NCBI GenBank assembly: GCA_030390025.1
Contig: CM059432.1
Coordinates: 19,532,001 to 19,596,000, forward strand
Length of the DNA: 64,000 nt
Direction of reading: 5' to 3'
From: Squalus acanthias
Taxonomy: Eukaryota
Shown one piece after another: positions 50,701 to 63,523 of this stretch. The translations under genes and the position numbers were made by a program. The notes under the pieces are model-generated. The model made no database searches. It had not been told where the DNA came from and saw only the letters and a list, made by a program, of their open reading frames with translations. How positions within the stretch are numbered: position 1 is the first letter of the stretch; every line of letters begins with the position of its first letter.

Positions 50701-51029
50701 TAGCAGGAAATAAGGAGTGGTCCAGTGTTGGATCAGCAGAATGTGTGCATGGGCATTCAAGAGTGAAGGAGAACCCAAAGGTAGAATGGGGAGGTTAGAA
50801 AGCGGGGATGAGAATTTTGAAGTCAATTTGAGGCATGAAACCCAATGGAGCTCAATGAATTGTAACTTGTGCAGGGTTACGTAGAAATGACAACACAGAA
50901 ACAAGCCAGTAAGCCCAATCAGTCTGCAATGGTGTTTCTCCATATATGAGCAATTGACCTAATCCTACGTGTCCACCTTGCTCCCACCTCCCTTTATTCC
51001 CGTTTTCTTCAACGACCTATCTCACCTAT

Positions 51030-51280
51030 CCTTAATAATTAAAATTGGCAGCCCTGTCTTCAGCTGCCTAGGCCCTAAGCTTAGGAATTCCCTCCCTCAA
51101 CCTCTCCGCCTCTCTTCCTCTCTCTCCTCTCCACAAAACTTCTCTCTTTGACCAAGCTTTTGGTCACCTGTTGTAATATCACCTTATGTGGCTCGGCGTC
51201 AGATTGATAATCACCTGTGTAGTGCCTTGGGATGATTTACGACATTAAAGGCACGATATGAATGCAAGTTGTTGTTGTTC
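51030..51280 (+). mobile_element. L2-type LINE 3' end
   Basis: TTCAGCTGCCTAGGCCCTAAGCTTAGGAATTCCCTCCC...AAAGGCACGATATGAATGCAAGTTGTTGTTG; the tail resembles the Deu-SINE tail. Confidence 0.65.
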
Positions 51281-52380
51281 TGTTACTGACTATGGCAGTG
51301 GATTGCACAGCCTCACAACCCTCTGTGTAAATGTTTAGTAATTTCATCTTTCATTAAAAATTCCAAGATTTTCCTTATCACAGATGTTAAACTAACTACC
51401 CTGTAATTTCTGGGTTAGGTCTATCACCTTTTTTTGAAAATTGGGACTACCTTGGCCAGTCCTCCAGTATGCATCCACTCTCAATAGAACCCTGAAATAT
51501 AATTACTAGGGCCACCACTATTTCCCTCAGTATCCTTGGATGTACCTCATCAGAACCCTATACGTTGTCCTCCTTTAACTTAACTAACTTCTCCAATACT
51601 TTCCTTTGATTTGAAGAAGGGAGGCTGGCGAGGAAGGCATTAAGAAGTTGGGCAATGAAGTGATGAAGGCATGCATTAGGATTTCAGTGGTGGGAAAGGA
51701 GTGAGGACGAGCTAAGAAATGCTGGTAAAGAGCAGATGTGGAGGAGGAAGTTCAGCTCAGGTTCCATCATCCTTTGTTAATCGAATAATAAGTAAGGATT
51801 GATTCAGAAGCATTATTTGACTTCAACTTTCAATCAATGGTTTATATTTAAGGCAGGATTTAATATCACTTAACAGTTCATCTCATTTTCTTTCAAATAG
51901 TAATTGGAGTATAGGAAATAAAAGAAAACAAATGGTTTCGTACATTTTCGCTTACTGATCTAATCCATAATAACTTTTTCTTTAATTAAAATCCACCATG
52001 GAGTTAAAGTATATCATAATTCCATACCTTCTGGCTCAGCCTGAGATGGAAGAAGTTAATGAAGTCAAGTGCAGACATATGTAGATGTTGGCTGAAGACA
52101 AAGGCCGGAATTTTCTGTACCTGGACGGGTCGGGGGCGGGCGGTTGGCGTGGCAGGTCGCGACCCCGTTGCTGCTTCCATCCCACTGCAGAAATCGACTT
52201 TGCATCAATGGAGCCTACTAAGCCTGCCGAGCGCGATACCCGGACCAATTAAATGGTGCAGGTCTGATGATGTCATCCGTGACGCGTTTTCAGCCGGTAT
52301 ATTTAAGGGAGCCACGGCCACATTGCATTTGGAGGTTCATTTCACACTGGAGGTTTTCCTTGCACCAAACAGTTGGAGAG

Positions 52381-55300
52381 ATGGCTGCACAGAGGTGCAG
52401 GGCTGCACCCAGGTTCTCCCATGACTCCCTCCATATGCTTGTGGAGGGAGTCAGAGCATGCAGGGAGGTCCTCTTGTGAAGGAATAAGCCATATTCAGAA
52501 AAATATACCATTCTATGAAAGAATTCTGGCCTTTGTAACATGACAAACTGGGCTTGAAAATCTAAAAACCTAACAATGGAGAAGCTGTAAACAGCATACA
52601 GGCTATTGAGATAAGATAAGTTGTTGACACTGAATCAATAACCTTATTGAAACAGGAGGTTGGAAGCTCCTGAAGTCTGAAGCTTTGGAAAGAACACAAT
52701 GGTACACCCTGTTAAGGTGTCTTAAAATACACTTTGGAAAGAAACACAGAAAATTAAGAAACATATGCCTTCGTAAAAATGACGTCAAATAAAACACAGG
52801 AGACATGATTCTGTGTTGCAACCAGCTGAGGTAACTAAGAAGACAATGGTGCACCCGGTTGAGGTGTTTTTAATTTACACGTCGCAAAAAGACACAAACA
52901 GAAGACCTTGGTAAGAATGACATCAAATAGATGCATATGCTGTCACACCGTTTTTATGATAAGCTTTGAACACCTAAAGGTAGACACACAATTCTTAATG
53001 CTACCAGCTGAACTGACTGTAAGAATAGCAGGGGTCAGCAGAAAAATGACTAGAGATAATTAGCTTACATCAGCAGAAAACTTCAAAGGACATACCACTG
53101 AAAAAGGATATAAATATTGAACTTTCAAATGGGATGATAGTCTCACTGTAAAGGGGCAAAGTGATTCTCGGCTTCAGAGGCAAGCTCTGTAAGTCTACAA
53201 CTCTTTATCTCGGGGATCAAGGTACTATACTGTATTTGATTTTGGTGGATATCCTGGAATAAGACTAAGAACTGTAAAAATGTAACGAAGTTAAGATTTG
53301 AGAATAAGGATCTCTGATAATAGAATTGTAAGATTTCTGTTTTTGGAACTGTTAATATTGCGATTGAATCACCAACTGTAATTACATGTCGGTTCTTTAA
53401 TAAATCTATATATTTTTAGAATTATCTCACATAATACTTCTGTATCAAACTCGCGAACTCAATCTCTGTACGCTCTTTGGTGAGGAGTTGCAGAATTCTG
53501 GGGGAGTTTTCCGGACCCTCATAATATCCGGAACGTTACAGTCTAGCTAAACTTATTAAAAGTGCTATCTGGAGGACGGTAACATCTTCAGGTTGTTCCT
53601 TTCCTTTAGGGAAAGATAGTCTGGACCTTTAGACCCAATTAAGCGTCTTTAGGATTCGGCTACCTCAAACTTTAGTTGAAAGTGAACGTCTGAGGAATAC
53701 GCCTGATCCGGGGTAGCCCTAAAGGGGCTAGGACTAATAATTATCCCTTCACTCTTCCCTTCCGATGGGCGGAAGAGACCTCCCCAGGAGACAAAAAGAG
53801 CCTGGTTCCAAATTGCAGAGGAGGTCAACAGCAGGGATGTGTTCAGGAGGACCTGGCTGCAGTGCCGCAAATGTTTCAATGATCTCATTAGATCTGGAAT
53901 GGTGAGTACAAAACCACACTCAACTTCATCCTGCTGTGCCTCTCATCACATCCCCATCACTCTGCCTTCCCAACCCTACCCCTGCACATCCTTACTCACA
54001 CCAACTTACCTTGCACGTCCACCCATCCCTCTCTATCTACATTATCACATCCCCATCTTACTAACCACCCCTCACACTCAGCCTCTTCCTAATGCAATCA
54101 TACCAACTAACAACATGCAAGGAGCCCACTTAACATTGCCACCCTAATCCGTCATAGTCTCCCTATAAAGATGTAACCCATCCATTCCTTACACTCATTG
54201 CATTACTCTCACTCAACCTTCTCTTCTTTCCCTCCTTGCAGGAGAAGAGAGCGCATGGTAAGAGGGAGAGGGAGAGAACTGGAGGTGGGCCTCCATCATT
54301 TCCGACCCTCAACAGCAGAGGAGGCTGTGTTGGAAGTCTTGAGAGTAGCTGAGCAGTTGGAGGTGGGAGACGGAGAGAGGGGAACATTTCAGCAACCTGG
54401 TGACAGAATTACATATCATACAGCTACATGGCATACATTAATCAGTCACTCATACTGATGTCGTCATCCACTGAATGGTCATCATGTGTATAATGGTATC
54501 TGTACCCATTCTTCATATAGCATATCTAACTCATCTCTTTACTCTCCCTCAGGTCCATCAAGAGCACCCCCCCCCCCCCACCCCACTGTAGAGGAGGAAG
54601 AGAAGACGATTCCTCAGAGGAGCCTCCAGCCTCTGAGGGCACAACGTCACCAGACATGAGCACACCCAGCACCAGCCAGGGACGCACACCTCGGTGAGTC
54701 CAATGCGAGATAGAGTAGTGTTGTCACCAGGTTCGTCACAAGTCCCAAGTGAGCAAGAGCAGATTGTAGAGACAGGGACAGCAGTGGAGATTACTCACCG
54801 GAGGGCGCAGGATGCTCCCAGCTCTGTTCAGCTGCATGCAGATGCTGAGCCTCGGGGACCATCCAGAAAGAGGGCGATCCAGGAGGTGCAGCAAGAAGTG
54901 CAGGAGGCTCTGACAGGTTTTGCAAGAGCAATGTCTGCAAATGTGCAAAGAATGGTGGCGTCCATCTCCAACATGAGCACCACCGTGTCGCAGGTGATGG
55001 CGACTGTAGGCTCTTCCATGGAAAGGATGGCCGCCTACATGGAGCAGCTACTGCGCCACTCACAGGAGCACATGGTCTTGATGGAGAATAGATGGCTATC
55101 TATGGAGCACAGATGGCAGGCCTCCTGTCTAGGAGGGATGTCAGCGTAGACGTGGGTCCTCATGGCCCCACTGATGTGCAACAAGGTGCTCTCCAGCTCC
55201 TTGCTAGCAGGGAAGTGTGGGTGGCCCATGAGAGGATGATGGTGAGAGGGGAGAGGGAAGTGGGGGCTCCTCTCAAAGTGCTTACACTTCTCCCCCATTG

Positions 55301-55541
55301 CCCCTTCTCAGACAGAGCCCCACATGCCTCCTCGGACAGTGATGGCTGAGTCTGCCTCTGCACAGTCGCAGGAGGAGCAGACTTTGTCGGGGCCATCTCA
55401 GGCTCCAAACCCAGAGGACATCCACCAAGAGTGTCTAAGCAGTCACAGCAGGGAAGTGAGCCGGCTGCTTCTACCTCTGCTGAAGCTATAGGGGTAGCAC
55501 CTCATAGAAGCACGCGGAAGAGAAAGATGGCACACAAGTAG
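52381..55541 (+). pseudogene. Harbinger Myb/SANT-like protein; exon 1 52381-53901 (split by LTR), exon 2 54242-54399, exon 3 54553-55541
   Basis: Removing the LTR restores MAAQRCRAAPRFSHDSL...REVLFPSDGRKRPPQETKRAWFQIAEEVNSRDVFRRTWLQCRKCFNDLIRSG. Intron positions match the 22.5-kb copy. Ends RSTRKRKMAHK*. Several frameshifts. Confidence 0.85.
52475..53751 (+). mobile_element. Solo LTR (1277 bp)
   Basis: TGTGAAGGAATAA...TTATCCCTTCA. TSD CTCT at 52471-52474 and 53752-53755. TATA-like TATAAATA near 53110 and AATAAA at 53399. Confidence 0.88.
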
Positions 55542-58334
55542 ATTCACAAGGGTAGTCACTTGGGTGTTTTAGTCAGTGTAAATGGCAAGTTTCCGTTAAT
55601 GTATTGTCAACCATCAAAATCTTTATTTTCACCACTTTGCCATCTTGGACACTTTTCTGTGCACCTTTAGAAGTGGCTTAGGGAGCTGCAGTGAATGGTG
55701 AGACATAACGGAACCTCCAGCAATGGTGGTCAGTATGAAAGGAATGGCTTGGTCATTGTAGGGATCCTTTATGGTGTTGCTGTGGGGTGGTGCCAACCTG
55801 GCGCAGCATGTGGCAGCCATATGGCTGTACTGCATAAAGTTAAGTAAATCTGGACATGATGAGGTCATCCCTGGCCTCCCGGCAGCAATGTGCTCGGGTT
55901 CTGATGCCCTCTGTCCTGTGCAGCATCAGGTGATTGCGAATAAGGTTGGTGGTGTTGTTGTTGTTGGTGCTGCTGGTGTTGGGGCTGATTGTGGTCAGAC
56001 TCTGAGGACCAAGATGAGAGAGTATAACCGGCACCCGTGCCGATGGAATAGATGGCAGCTCAAGTAGAGTTGACAGAAGCCATCTGTCAATGGTGAGAGA
56101 GGTTCTTCCAATGAGGTGACACTGGATGGAGACTTTGCTGAAACACTTGCAGCCTGCAGAAAGCTCAATCTGTGCAGGCAATGTAGTCAGCAACAGCTTC
56201 TGCCTGAGGAAAGTGATCAGCTGTGAGTTTGGAGCTTTTATAGTACATTTGATGCTGTCAAGCAATCAATGGTCACTCAACTCCCGCCTCAGGTTGAGCT
56301 GCGTGAACCCCGTGACCATGCAGGGAAATTTGAAAGGTGGGGGGAAAAAGGCTCTTAAGTGTCTGAGAACAAGCTGATAATGATTTCAATTAGGTCACTC
56401 GCCTCTGCTGGTCAAGTCGCTGCCACACCGGCAAACGCGCCCGAGGGAACGGCGCGTGGGGGCAGGATAACAGCGGCTTCCCGACCCGCTCCGACTTTTT
56501 TCAGATTTCCCACCCAACCCACCTCCGATCGCGCCAGCACGGACCCCAAAAAATTCCAGCCGAAGAGTTTGACTTCAGTGTGGCTGCCAATGAGGGGGAA
56601 CCTTTTGCTTATCCAGGACTTACATCTGAATGGATTTGATGAGGGAAGCAGAGAGATAGAGCTGGGTGTCATCAGCGTACATAAGGAAGTTGACCCCATG
56701 TTTCTGTACGATAGCTGCAAGAAAGACGAGCAGGATTGGTCCAAGGATGTAGTCCTGAACAAATTGGGGGCAATTTTGTGTTGTGGTGCTGTGGGCTGTC
56801 CCTGTCTACTGCAAACTAAACTGAGACGACAAAAATTAATTTCTCAGAATACCATCCTTTAAATATAACAACCAATCTCCTGTGTACTTGCTGCCAGTGA
56901 GGAGTCTAATCCACCGGCCTGACATATCGGACAACAGGGGCAGTGCAAAAGTGAGCTTGGTTTCCCGACAGAAGTCCATACTTGGCAAATCAGATGAACA
57001 ACTTACAGACTGGTAAGAAGTAGGTCTTGGAAATAACCTATAAATATAACTGTTACATAATATAAACAGGTTCATGCTTAAATAGCAAAAGGATTCTACT
57101 TTCTCCGCTAATAGTGTCTGTGCCAGGCTATTGTCTTTTTTAACTGTGTCACTAGATTTTATACTCAACCCTAAATAATGCCTGCCTCCCTTGTGTCGCT
57201 TGTCATTTTTTAAAAAGATAGAAAAGGTCATTTGTTATAAAATTCAAAAATATTGCAATTGTACAACAGGAATTGTCAATCAGTATCTGGAAGAGAAAGG
57301 TAAGTTAACGGTTGGGTGTGACTCCCAGGGAATTTTAAAAACAATGGTACAAGAGCTGTCATCGTAACACAAGTTGGATAAAGTTCACTTTATTTGAAAA
57401 TAAATGATTTGCTAGTTTAGCGTGGCACAGTTAAACAAGAGTTTCAGTGAATGTAATAAAAGCATTAATTCTATGTAACCGATACAACTATTGCAAATGC
57501 AATATTAAAGCATAAATTGCCAACAACAGTGGTGAAGTCAACTAATGTAGAATTTGGACTTGCCTGTTATCAAGCTCCAGGAAGCTTATTTGGTTTGAAT
57601 TCTATGAGGGTGCACTTAGCCTTGTAATGACAAATAAAATTAATACCACATCTGAAGATCATGGGGAAGTGCAGGAAACTGTGCGCAGTGCTTGCCAGAC
57701 TGGCACAAGTACTGTCTTCGGGCATTCCTGACTGTCAGCAATTGAAACACAGATTAGCACCACATCATGCTACCATCTGGTGGTGATGAGATAAGTCTTT
57801 TTCATCCGTGCGTGTTTATCAATTAAAAATTTCCGGCATTAATGAATTCATCAACAGATAGTGTCCACTCTGGAGTTAACGCCGATTTCAAAATCTTCTG
57901 ACCATAAAAGGAGTTAATTTTCTGACTTCAGAATTTGGCAGTGGGTGGAATCGGCTGCCTGTTATGCATCCCGCCCTTTTTTCTTTTCCATTGTGCAACG
58001 TGTGATTTACTCCCCCCACCAAAGTTGAAACTACCAGCACATATTTGAAACAGAGAGCCTTGCATGCTGGAGGTGCAAATCAGGCACAGACTGAGCATGA
58101 GTTTCTGACCATTTCAATGAATTGTGTGTAGCGCATGTCCTGGTATGTGAGGCTCCTGCCCAAACTATGAAGACAGAAAATTACTCCTTAAATGTAACGC
58201 ACAAAGCACAAGACTAGAAGGGACTAACTAATTCAGTGGAAAACAAGGCGAGGTGATCTTATCATTTCAAACCACATCTCTTGCCATTTTAATCATCACA
58301 CTGGCCTATCACCTAGCCTGGCTCCTAGCCCGAA

Positions 58335-58800
58335 CAGTGTCAGCTGTGGCTCAGTGGGTAGCACTCTCGCCTCTGAGTCAAAAAGTTGTGGGTTCAAGTC
58401 CCACTCCAGGAACCTGAGTACATAAAGCTAGGCTGACACTCCAGTGCAGTGCTGAGGGGGTGTTGCACTGTCGGAGAGTGCCGTCTTTCAGATGAGACGT
58501 TAAACCAAGGCCCCGTCTGCCCTCTCAGGTGGACGTAAAAGATCCCAAGGCACTATTTCGAAGAAGAGCAGCGGAGTTCTCCCCGGTGTCCTGGCCAATA
58601 TTTATCCCTCAATCAACATAACAAAAACAGATTATCTGGTCATTAGCACATTGTTGTTTGTGGGAGTTTGCTGTGTGCAAATTGGCTGCCCCGTTTCCCA
58701 CATTACAACAGTGACTACACTCCAAAAGTACTTCATTGGCTGTAAAGCGCTTTGAGATGTCCGGTGGTCGTGAAAGGCGTTATAGAAATGCCTATCTTTC
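58335..58800 (+). mobile_element. Full-length tRNA-derived Deu-domain SINE (SacSINE1/AmnSINE1-like)
   Basis: A box TGGCTCAGTGG, B box GGTTCAAGTCCC, Deu core GATGAGACGTTAAACC.AGGCCCCGTCTGCCCTCTCAGGTGGACGTAAAAGATCCC, and an L2-like tail. Confidence 0.9.
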
Positions 58801-58860
58801 ATATTGATTAAAGATTGGCGACTGGTTGTCACTTAACTTCATCACAAAATTTAGACATTA

Positions 58861-59310
58861 GCCCTGATTTTAACTCGGGGCAGGAGTGTGCAGTGTGGGG
58901 AGGGGGTGGGGCGAGCAACAGGCTCATATTGTGAGCCAGCAGCGGACCACATTGTCATCTTATTCAACAATGAACTCCTGCCTGAACCCAGCAGGAATGC
59001 CAAGGAGACCAACGGCAGGAGCAGGGTTATGGGCAGCAGGAGGCCGCCATGCATGGCCCAACTTACCTGGCACGGAGGGCAGTTGTCCTGTCACGGAGGG
59101 CAGTTGTCAGGGGAGGGTTGGGAGGCGATCTTGGTCCAGGGAGGGGGTGAGGAAGCCCGGGGCAGGGGAGGCCCAAGGTTTCCTTGTGTGGTCCTGCTCC
59201 AGTTCCTCTTGGCCCACAAGAAAACCATTAAAAGTTTTTAAAATCTTACCTTGCTGGGCCTCTTCTGATCCTTTATCAATTCAGCGGCAGCTTCGGGGTG
59301 GGGGGGCTAA
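58861..59310. mobile_element. Degraded GC-rich Harbinger-type MITE fragment
   Basis: Starts GCCCTGATTTTAAC, like other TIRs here. Internal CCTCTTGGCCCACAAGAAA resembles 7410-7430. Right end not found. Confidence 0.45.
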
Positions 59311-60059
59311 CATTGAGGCTATAAAGATTTCAAGAGTCACAGCTCCACGCTATAAAGTTTCTTCCTATCCCCAAAGGTAAATCAAGCAAAATGGCACAAT
59401 AATAATCAAACCTTACATCTTTAATTATTCATCCTTGACCTATTGCCTTCCCTGCCATGATATTTCCAATGTCCCAACAGCTCAGGAGCCACACAACAAT
59501 TTCTGTCTGTGCTGATCTCATCCTTGACCTGTCATGTGCTATTGCTAGTCAGATAGTCATCAGATTTTGTTAAAGGTGCTAATCAACTGCATTATTAAGC
59601 TGGGCTTCTGTTCTGGCTACCCATTACTCTCTGATTAAAAACTCCTGATCTCAGCTATTAATTAGGGCTTGTTAATTTGATGATCCTGCCCTCCGGTTCT
59701 CGGCTTGCAGTCCAAATGAAATAATTTGCTTACATCCATATTATCCATCCCTTTTAGCATTTTAAATACCTGGGATCGTGCCTCCTCCAAATCTTCTTTT
59801 CTCCAATGAATTTTTCTTTCCACTTGAATGTGTTGGTCACCCCCTCCTCACCCACATGTCCCATCACTCCTTGTTCAAATCCATCCAGTCTGGTTTTCAT
59901 CTGGCTCAAAATTATGCCTGAGATCCTCTATCACCACCAGCATCAAGGAACATTCTGTGCTCCCGGCGGGGAACCCGCTCAAAGGTAGCATGGCTCAGAG
60001 ATTGGGCTGCAACACTGTAATGCTGATTTGTTGACGCATGCTCCTTTGAAGCGGGTCTT

Positions 60060-60625
60060 TACGTTGGATGCGTGCAATCAGTGAATTTACCCTATAGTGC
60101 ACTTCCCCTCCAAAACTCCGCCACCTGCATCTTATCCCGTATCAAGTCCCTCTCTCCTGTCCTTGCCAACCTCAAGTGGCTCCCCATTCCCCAATGCATC
60201 GAATTCAAAATGTGTCCTGATCTATATGTCCCTCCTTGGTCTTGCCCATCACTGCCACTGCAACCTCTTCCACGCGCAATTTCCAACTCTGATCTCATTT
60301 GTAGAAACTACAAATCCAAAACTCCATTGCCTGCACTCTATGCTGTACTCGTCCCATGTCTCATCAACCTCCATTGACTCACTATGTCCCAGTGCACCAA
60401 TTGTCCATCTTCATTAGTCATCTTGCCCCACACCCTTGAATGCCCTCACTAAACCCCACTGCCTTGTTATCTCTTTCTCCTTCTTCAAAAGTTTCCTCAT
60501 AACCTACTTCTTTGAGGCCACCTCCCCTCCCCTACTCTTCTCCCATCACTACTTGGTGCCTGGTTGTGTTTTTGTGAAGCACCTTGGAACACTTTATTGT
60601 ATTAAAAGCATTATAAAATTGCAAC
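60060..60625 (+). mobile_element. Old L2 LINE 3' remnant
   Basis: LQNSATCILSR...SPVLANLKWLPIPQCIEFK resembles the L2 RT C-terminal TP.L..LHWLP...RI.FK motif. Confidence 0.7.
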
Positions 60626-61859
60626 CTATTACTCTTGTCAAAAACAAGTTGAGTCTTTCTTCAGAACTCAGTTCTAGAATCAACCTTTTCATTGCATCAA
60701 TGTCTTGAAGAAGGTAGGTGCCCAAAATTGCACAGCATCGGGGGAAATCAAACAATTTTGGGATCCCGGTACAGAGCTTCCCCCTGCGGAGACCAGTGTG
60801 CACGATACACAACTAGCGCAATTTTTGATTCGTTATAATTTTATGGTTTACCAGGAACACAAATTATAAAACTTACTCCTATATTCCAATAAAGGCTTCA
60901 ATAATTTGTGTCGATTTATAGTCAAATGTCTTTGATGTGCACCTCAGGGCACGAGCAGCCTTGTTGATACTAGGCTAACATTGACTGAATATAATCAATG
61001 ATCAACATGATCAACCACAATAGACGTTCCTTCATCATATGCATGTGTCACGTTTCCTGTTTCAATGTGCTAATAACCTTGGTAATATTAGCACGTCTCA
61101 TGATACATATTGAATAGCTGGTCTGTGTAAATCCCTGTCTGCAGTGCACAGATTTAAATGTCTTGACTTGCATGTATTGTTTCTCTATACTACTCTTCAT
61201 AGGATATAAAAACAGGGAGTGGGGGAGATGGCAGGGGTGAGGGAAATATGGTTAGCTGCTCGGGTGAGAAAGTGGCTACTCCAGGAGCACAATTATTTGA
61301 AAAGTTGAGATCAGCCAATTTTGTTGGGGCCAGAAGAGCACGTTTTCCTGCCCGTGTACCTGGCCTAGAAAACACTTGTGGGCCCCACATCCACCTATGC
61401 TACCTTACGCCAGTATCTTGCCACAGTACAGTACACTGGGTGTCCAAATAAGAATTCTGGCGGGTGACTTCATTCCGCCAGTCCCTCCTCTCTTTACTAT
61501 ATCAGGCCGCAAAGGGTGGATGGTGTAACCTCGCCACCCCCTGCACCCAGCCCTCCCACCCCCACATCAATTTATTTGGGGCAGAGACCCAGTGCTACCA
61601 GCCGCTGCCCCATTTTTCCCCTCACTTGGCCTTGCACACCCCAATATGCCAGCAATCCACCCCAAGCGCTGAGAATATTTGTGACCCGGATTACAGGGTC
61701 AATTTTACAAAAACAGAGACTTGGCGGTTCAGATCATTAATTTGAGAGTGTGATGCACATGATTTTCCATCCATTAAAGCATTCACAAAGTCAGCCTGAG
61801 CATGTTTACAACATTATACGTGAATGGTATTACCATGAAATTCATTTAAGACTGGACTG

Positions 61860-63290
61860 CCACTGATAGGCTGAGGAAGTTCAAAGACAACAATTAGGCC
61901 CAGATGGATTTCATACAAGAGTACTTAAATAAGCGGCCAGTGAAATTGATCACATCATCAAGGCATTATTAGAAAGAAAAGTAGTTGGAAAGTTGTGTGG
62001 AAAGTTTCTCATAAAACATCAATTTAAACAGAGATATCGTAATGACCCAGGGATCTATTGGCCTAACATCTGTTGTTCGTCAAGTGTTAGAAGACAACCT
62101 GAAAGAAGGGATAATGAAACATCAAGATGGGTAGGGTATGGTAAGATGGAATCAGCATAGATTAACGGCAGGGAGCTCTTGGCTAACATATTTACTGCAA
62201 TTCTTCAACGAAATGACAGACCTTGTTGACAATGGAAATTCTGTGGCGGCGATATATTTACATTTAATCAAGGCATTTAATATCGTGTCACACAGGTGAT
62301 TAGTCCATAAGGTAAGAAGGCAAGGGAATAGGGGCAAGTTTCTGAGGTGGACTGAAAATTGGCTGAAACAAAGACAGCCAATAAGGGTGGTTGTGAATGG
62401 AGCTACATCAATATGGAAAGGATTTATTAGTGGGGTGCCACAGGGATCAGTGCTGGGCCTTTGAGGCTTGCTGTGAGTTTCGATGATTTGGAGCTGGGAA
62501 CCAAAATAAAGCTCGTCTCAAAGCACTTTACAGCCAACATGAAATTGGGAGGTTTTTCAAGCAATAGCAACAGACAAACCAAACACAAAGGGATCTGGTT
62601 AGACTATCAGCATTTAATGTGGACGAATATAAGGTCGTGAGACAAGGACAGATAAACAAACATTGGTAATATAAACTAAATGACTCTCGGCTACTGGACA
62701 CAGCACAGGAAAGAAAGAAAGAAAGACTTGCATTTATATAGCGCCTTTCATGACCACCGGATGTCTCAAAGCACTTTACAGCCAATGAAGTACTTTTTGA
62801 AGTGGAGTCACTGTTGTAATGTGAGAAACGCAGCAGCCAATTTGCGCACAGCAAGCTCCCAGAAACAGCAATGTGATAATGTTTTTGTTATGTTGGTTGA
62901 GGGATAAATATTGGCCAGGACACTGGGGATAACTCCCCTGCTCTTCTTTGAAATAATGCCATGGATTTTTTTACGTCCACCTGGGAGAGCAGACAGGGCC
63001 TCGGTTTAACGTCTCATCCGAAAGACAGCACCTCCGACAGTGCAGCACTCCCTCAGCAGTGCACTGGAGTGGGAGCTCTGGGTATTCATGGAGTAGCTCA
63101 TCAAAACCAACAGTAGCAATAAGAAAAGTTAAGCAGATCTTGAGATGTGTAGTCAAAGGAATAGAGCACAAATCCCAGAAGATAATCCTGAGTCTATACA
63201 CAATGCTGATACTGCCGTACCTGGAGTACAGTGTACAATTCTGCACATTGTACTGCAGCAAAGATATCCAAGCATTTCCAAAATTTCCTG
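61860..63290 (+). mobile_element. Old degraded CR1 RT fragment split by a SINE
   Basis: AGTGGGGTGCCACAGGGATCAGTGCTGGG ([10 protein letters not shown]) near 62430. LILPYLEYSVQF at ~63200. Confidence 0.7.
62708..63070 (-). mobile_element. Deu-domain SINE
   Basis: (GAAA)n tail and Deu core on the minus strand. Confidence 0.88.
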
Positions 63291-63523
63291 GGCTTTAAAA
63301 GATAAGAGAAGTGAGCAAAATACTCACCAACCAACTAATCACTCACTCTTTTCTCTGTGATGTCACCTTTTATTTTTCTCCGAATGCAGTTGGGGGTGTC
63401 ACGGAGCCGAACTCCCGTTGGTTCTCTGTCCTCTCTCGTGCAGCTTTTTAACTCCTACAGAAAAAGAAGAAAGGAGCACCTCCCTCCCCAAACTTCCTTA
63501 CTCACCAAACTCTAAGGTTTACA

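Larger units (their letters stand above)
52103..56561. mobile_element. PIF/Harbinger element with three-exon Myb gene and internally deleted nuclease, interrupted by a solo LTR
   Basis: TIR GGCCGGAATTTT / AAAATTCCAGCC. TSD AAA/GAA. Flanks look like a split L2-type fragment. Confidence 0.88.

Noticed and set aside
58335..58410. tRNA gene (also ~14820-14899, ~21530-21605, ~45585-45660)
   Set aside because: A/B boxes are present, but each continues directly into the SINE body, so these are SINE heads.
59071..59108. Short direct duplications (also 41974-42004, 4829-4859, 27247-27272)
   Set aside because: Two-copy slippage-type duplications with no further structure.
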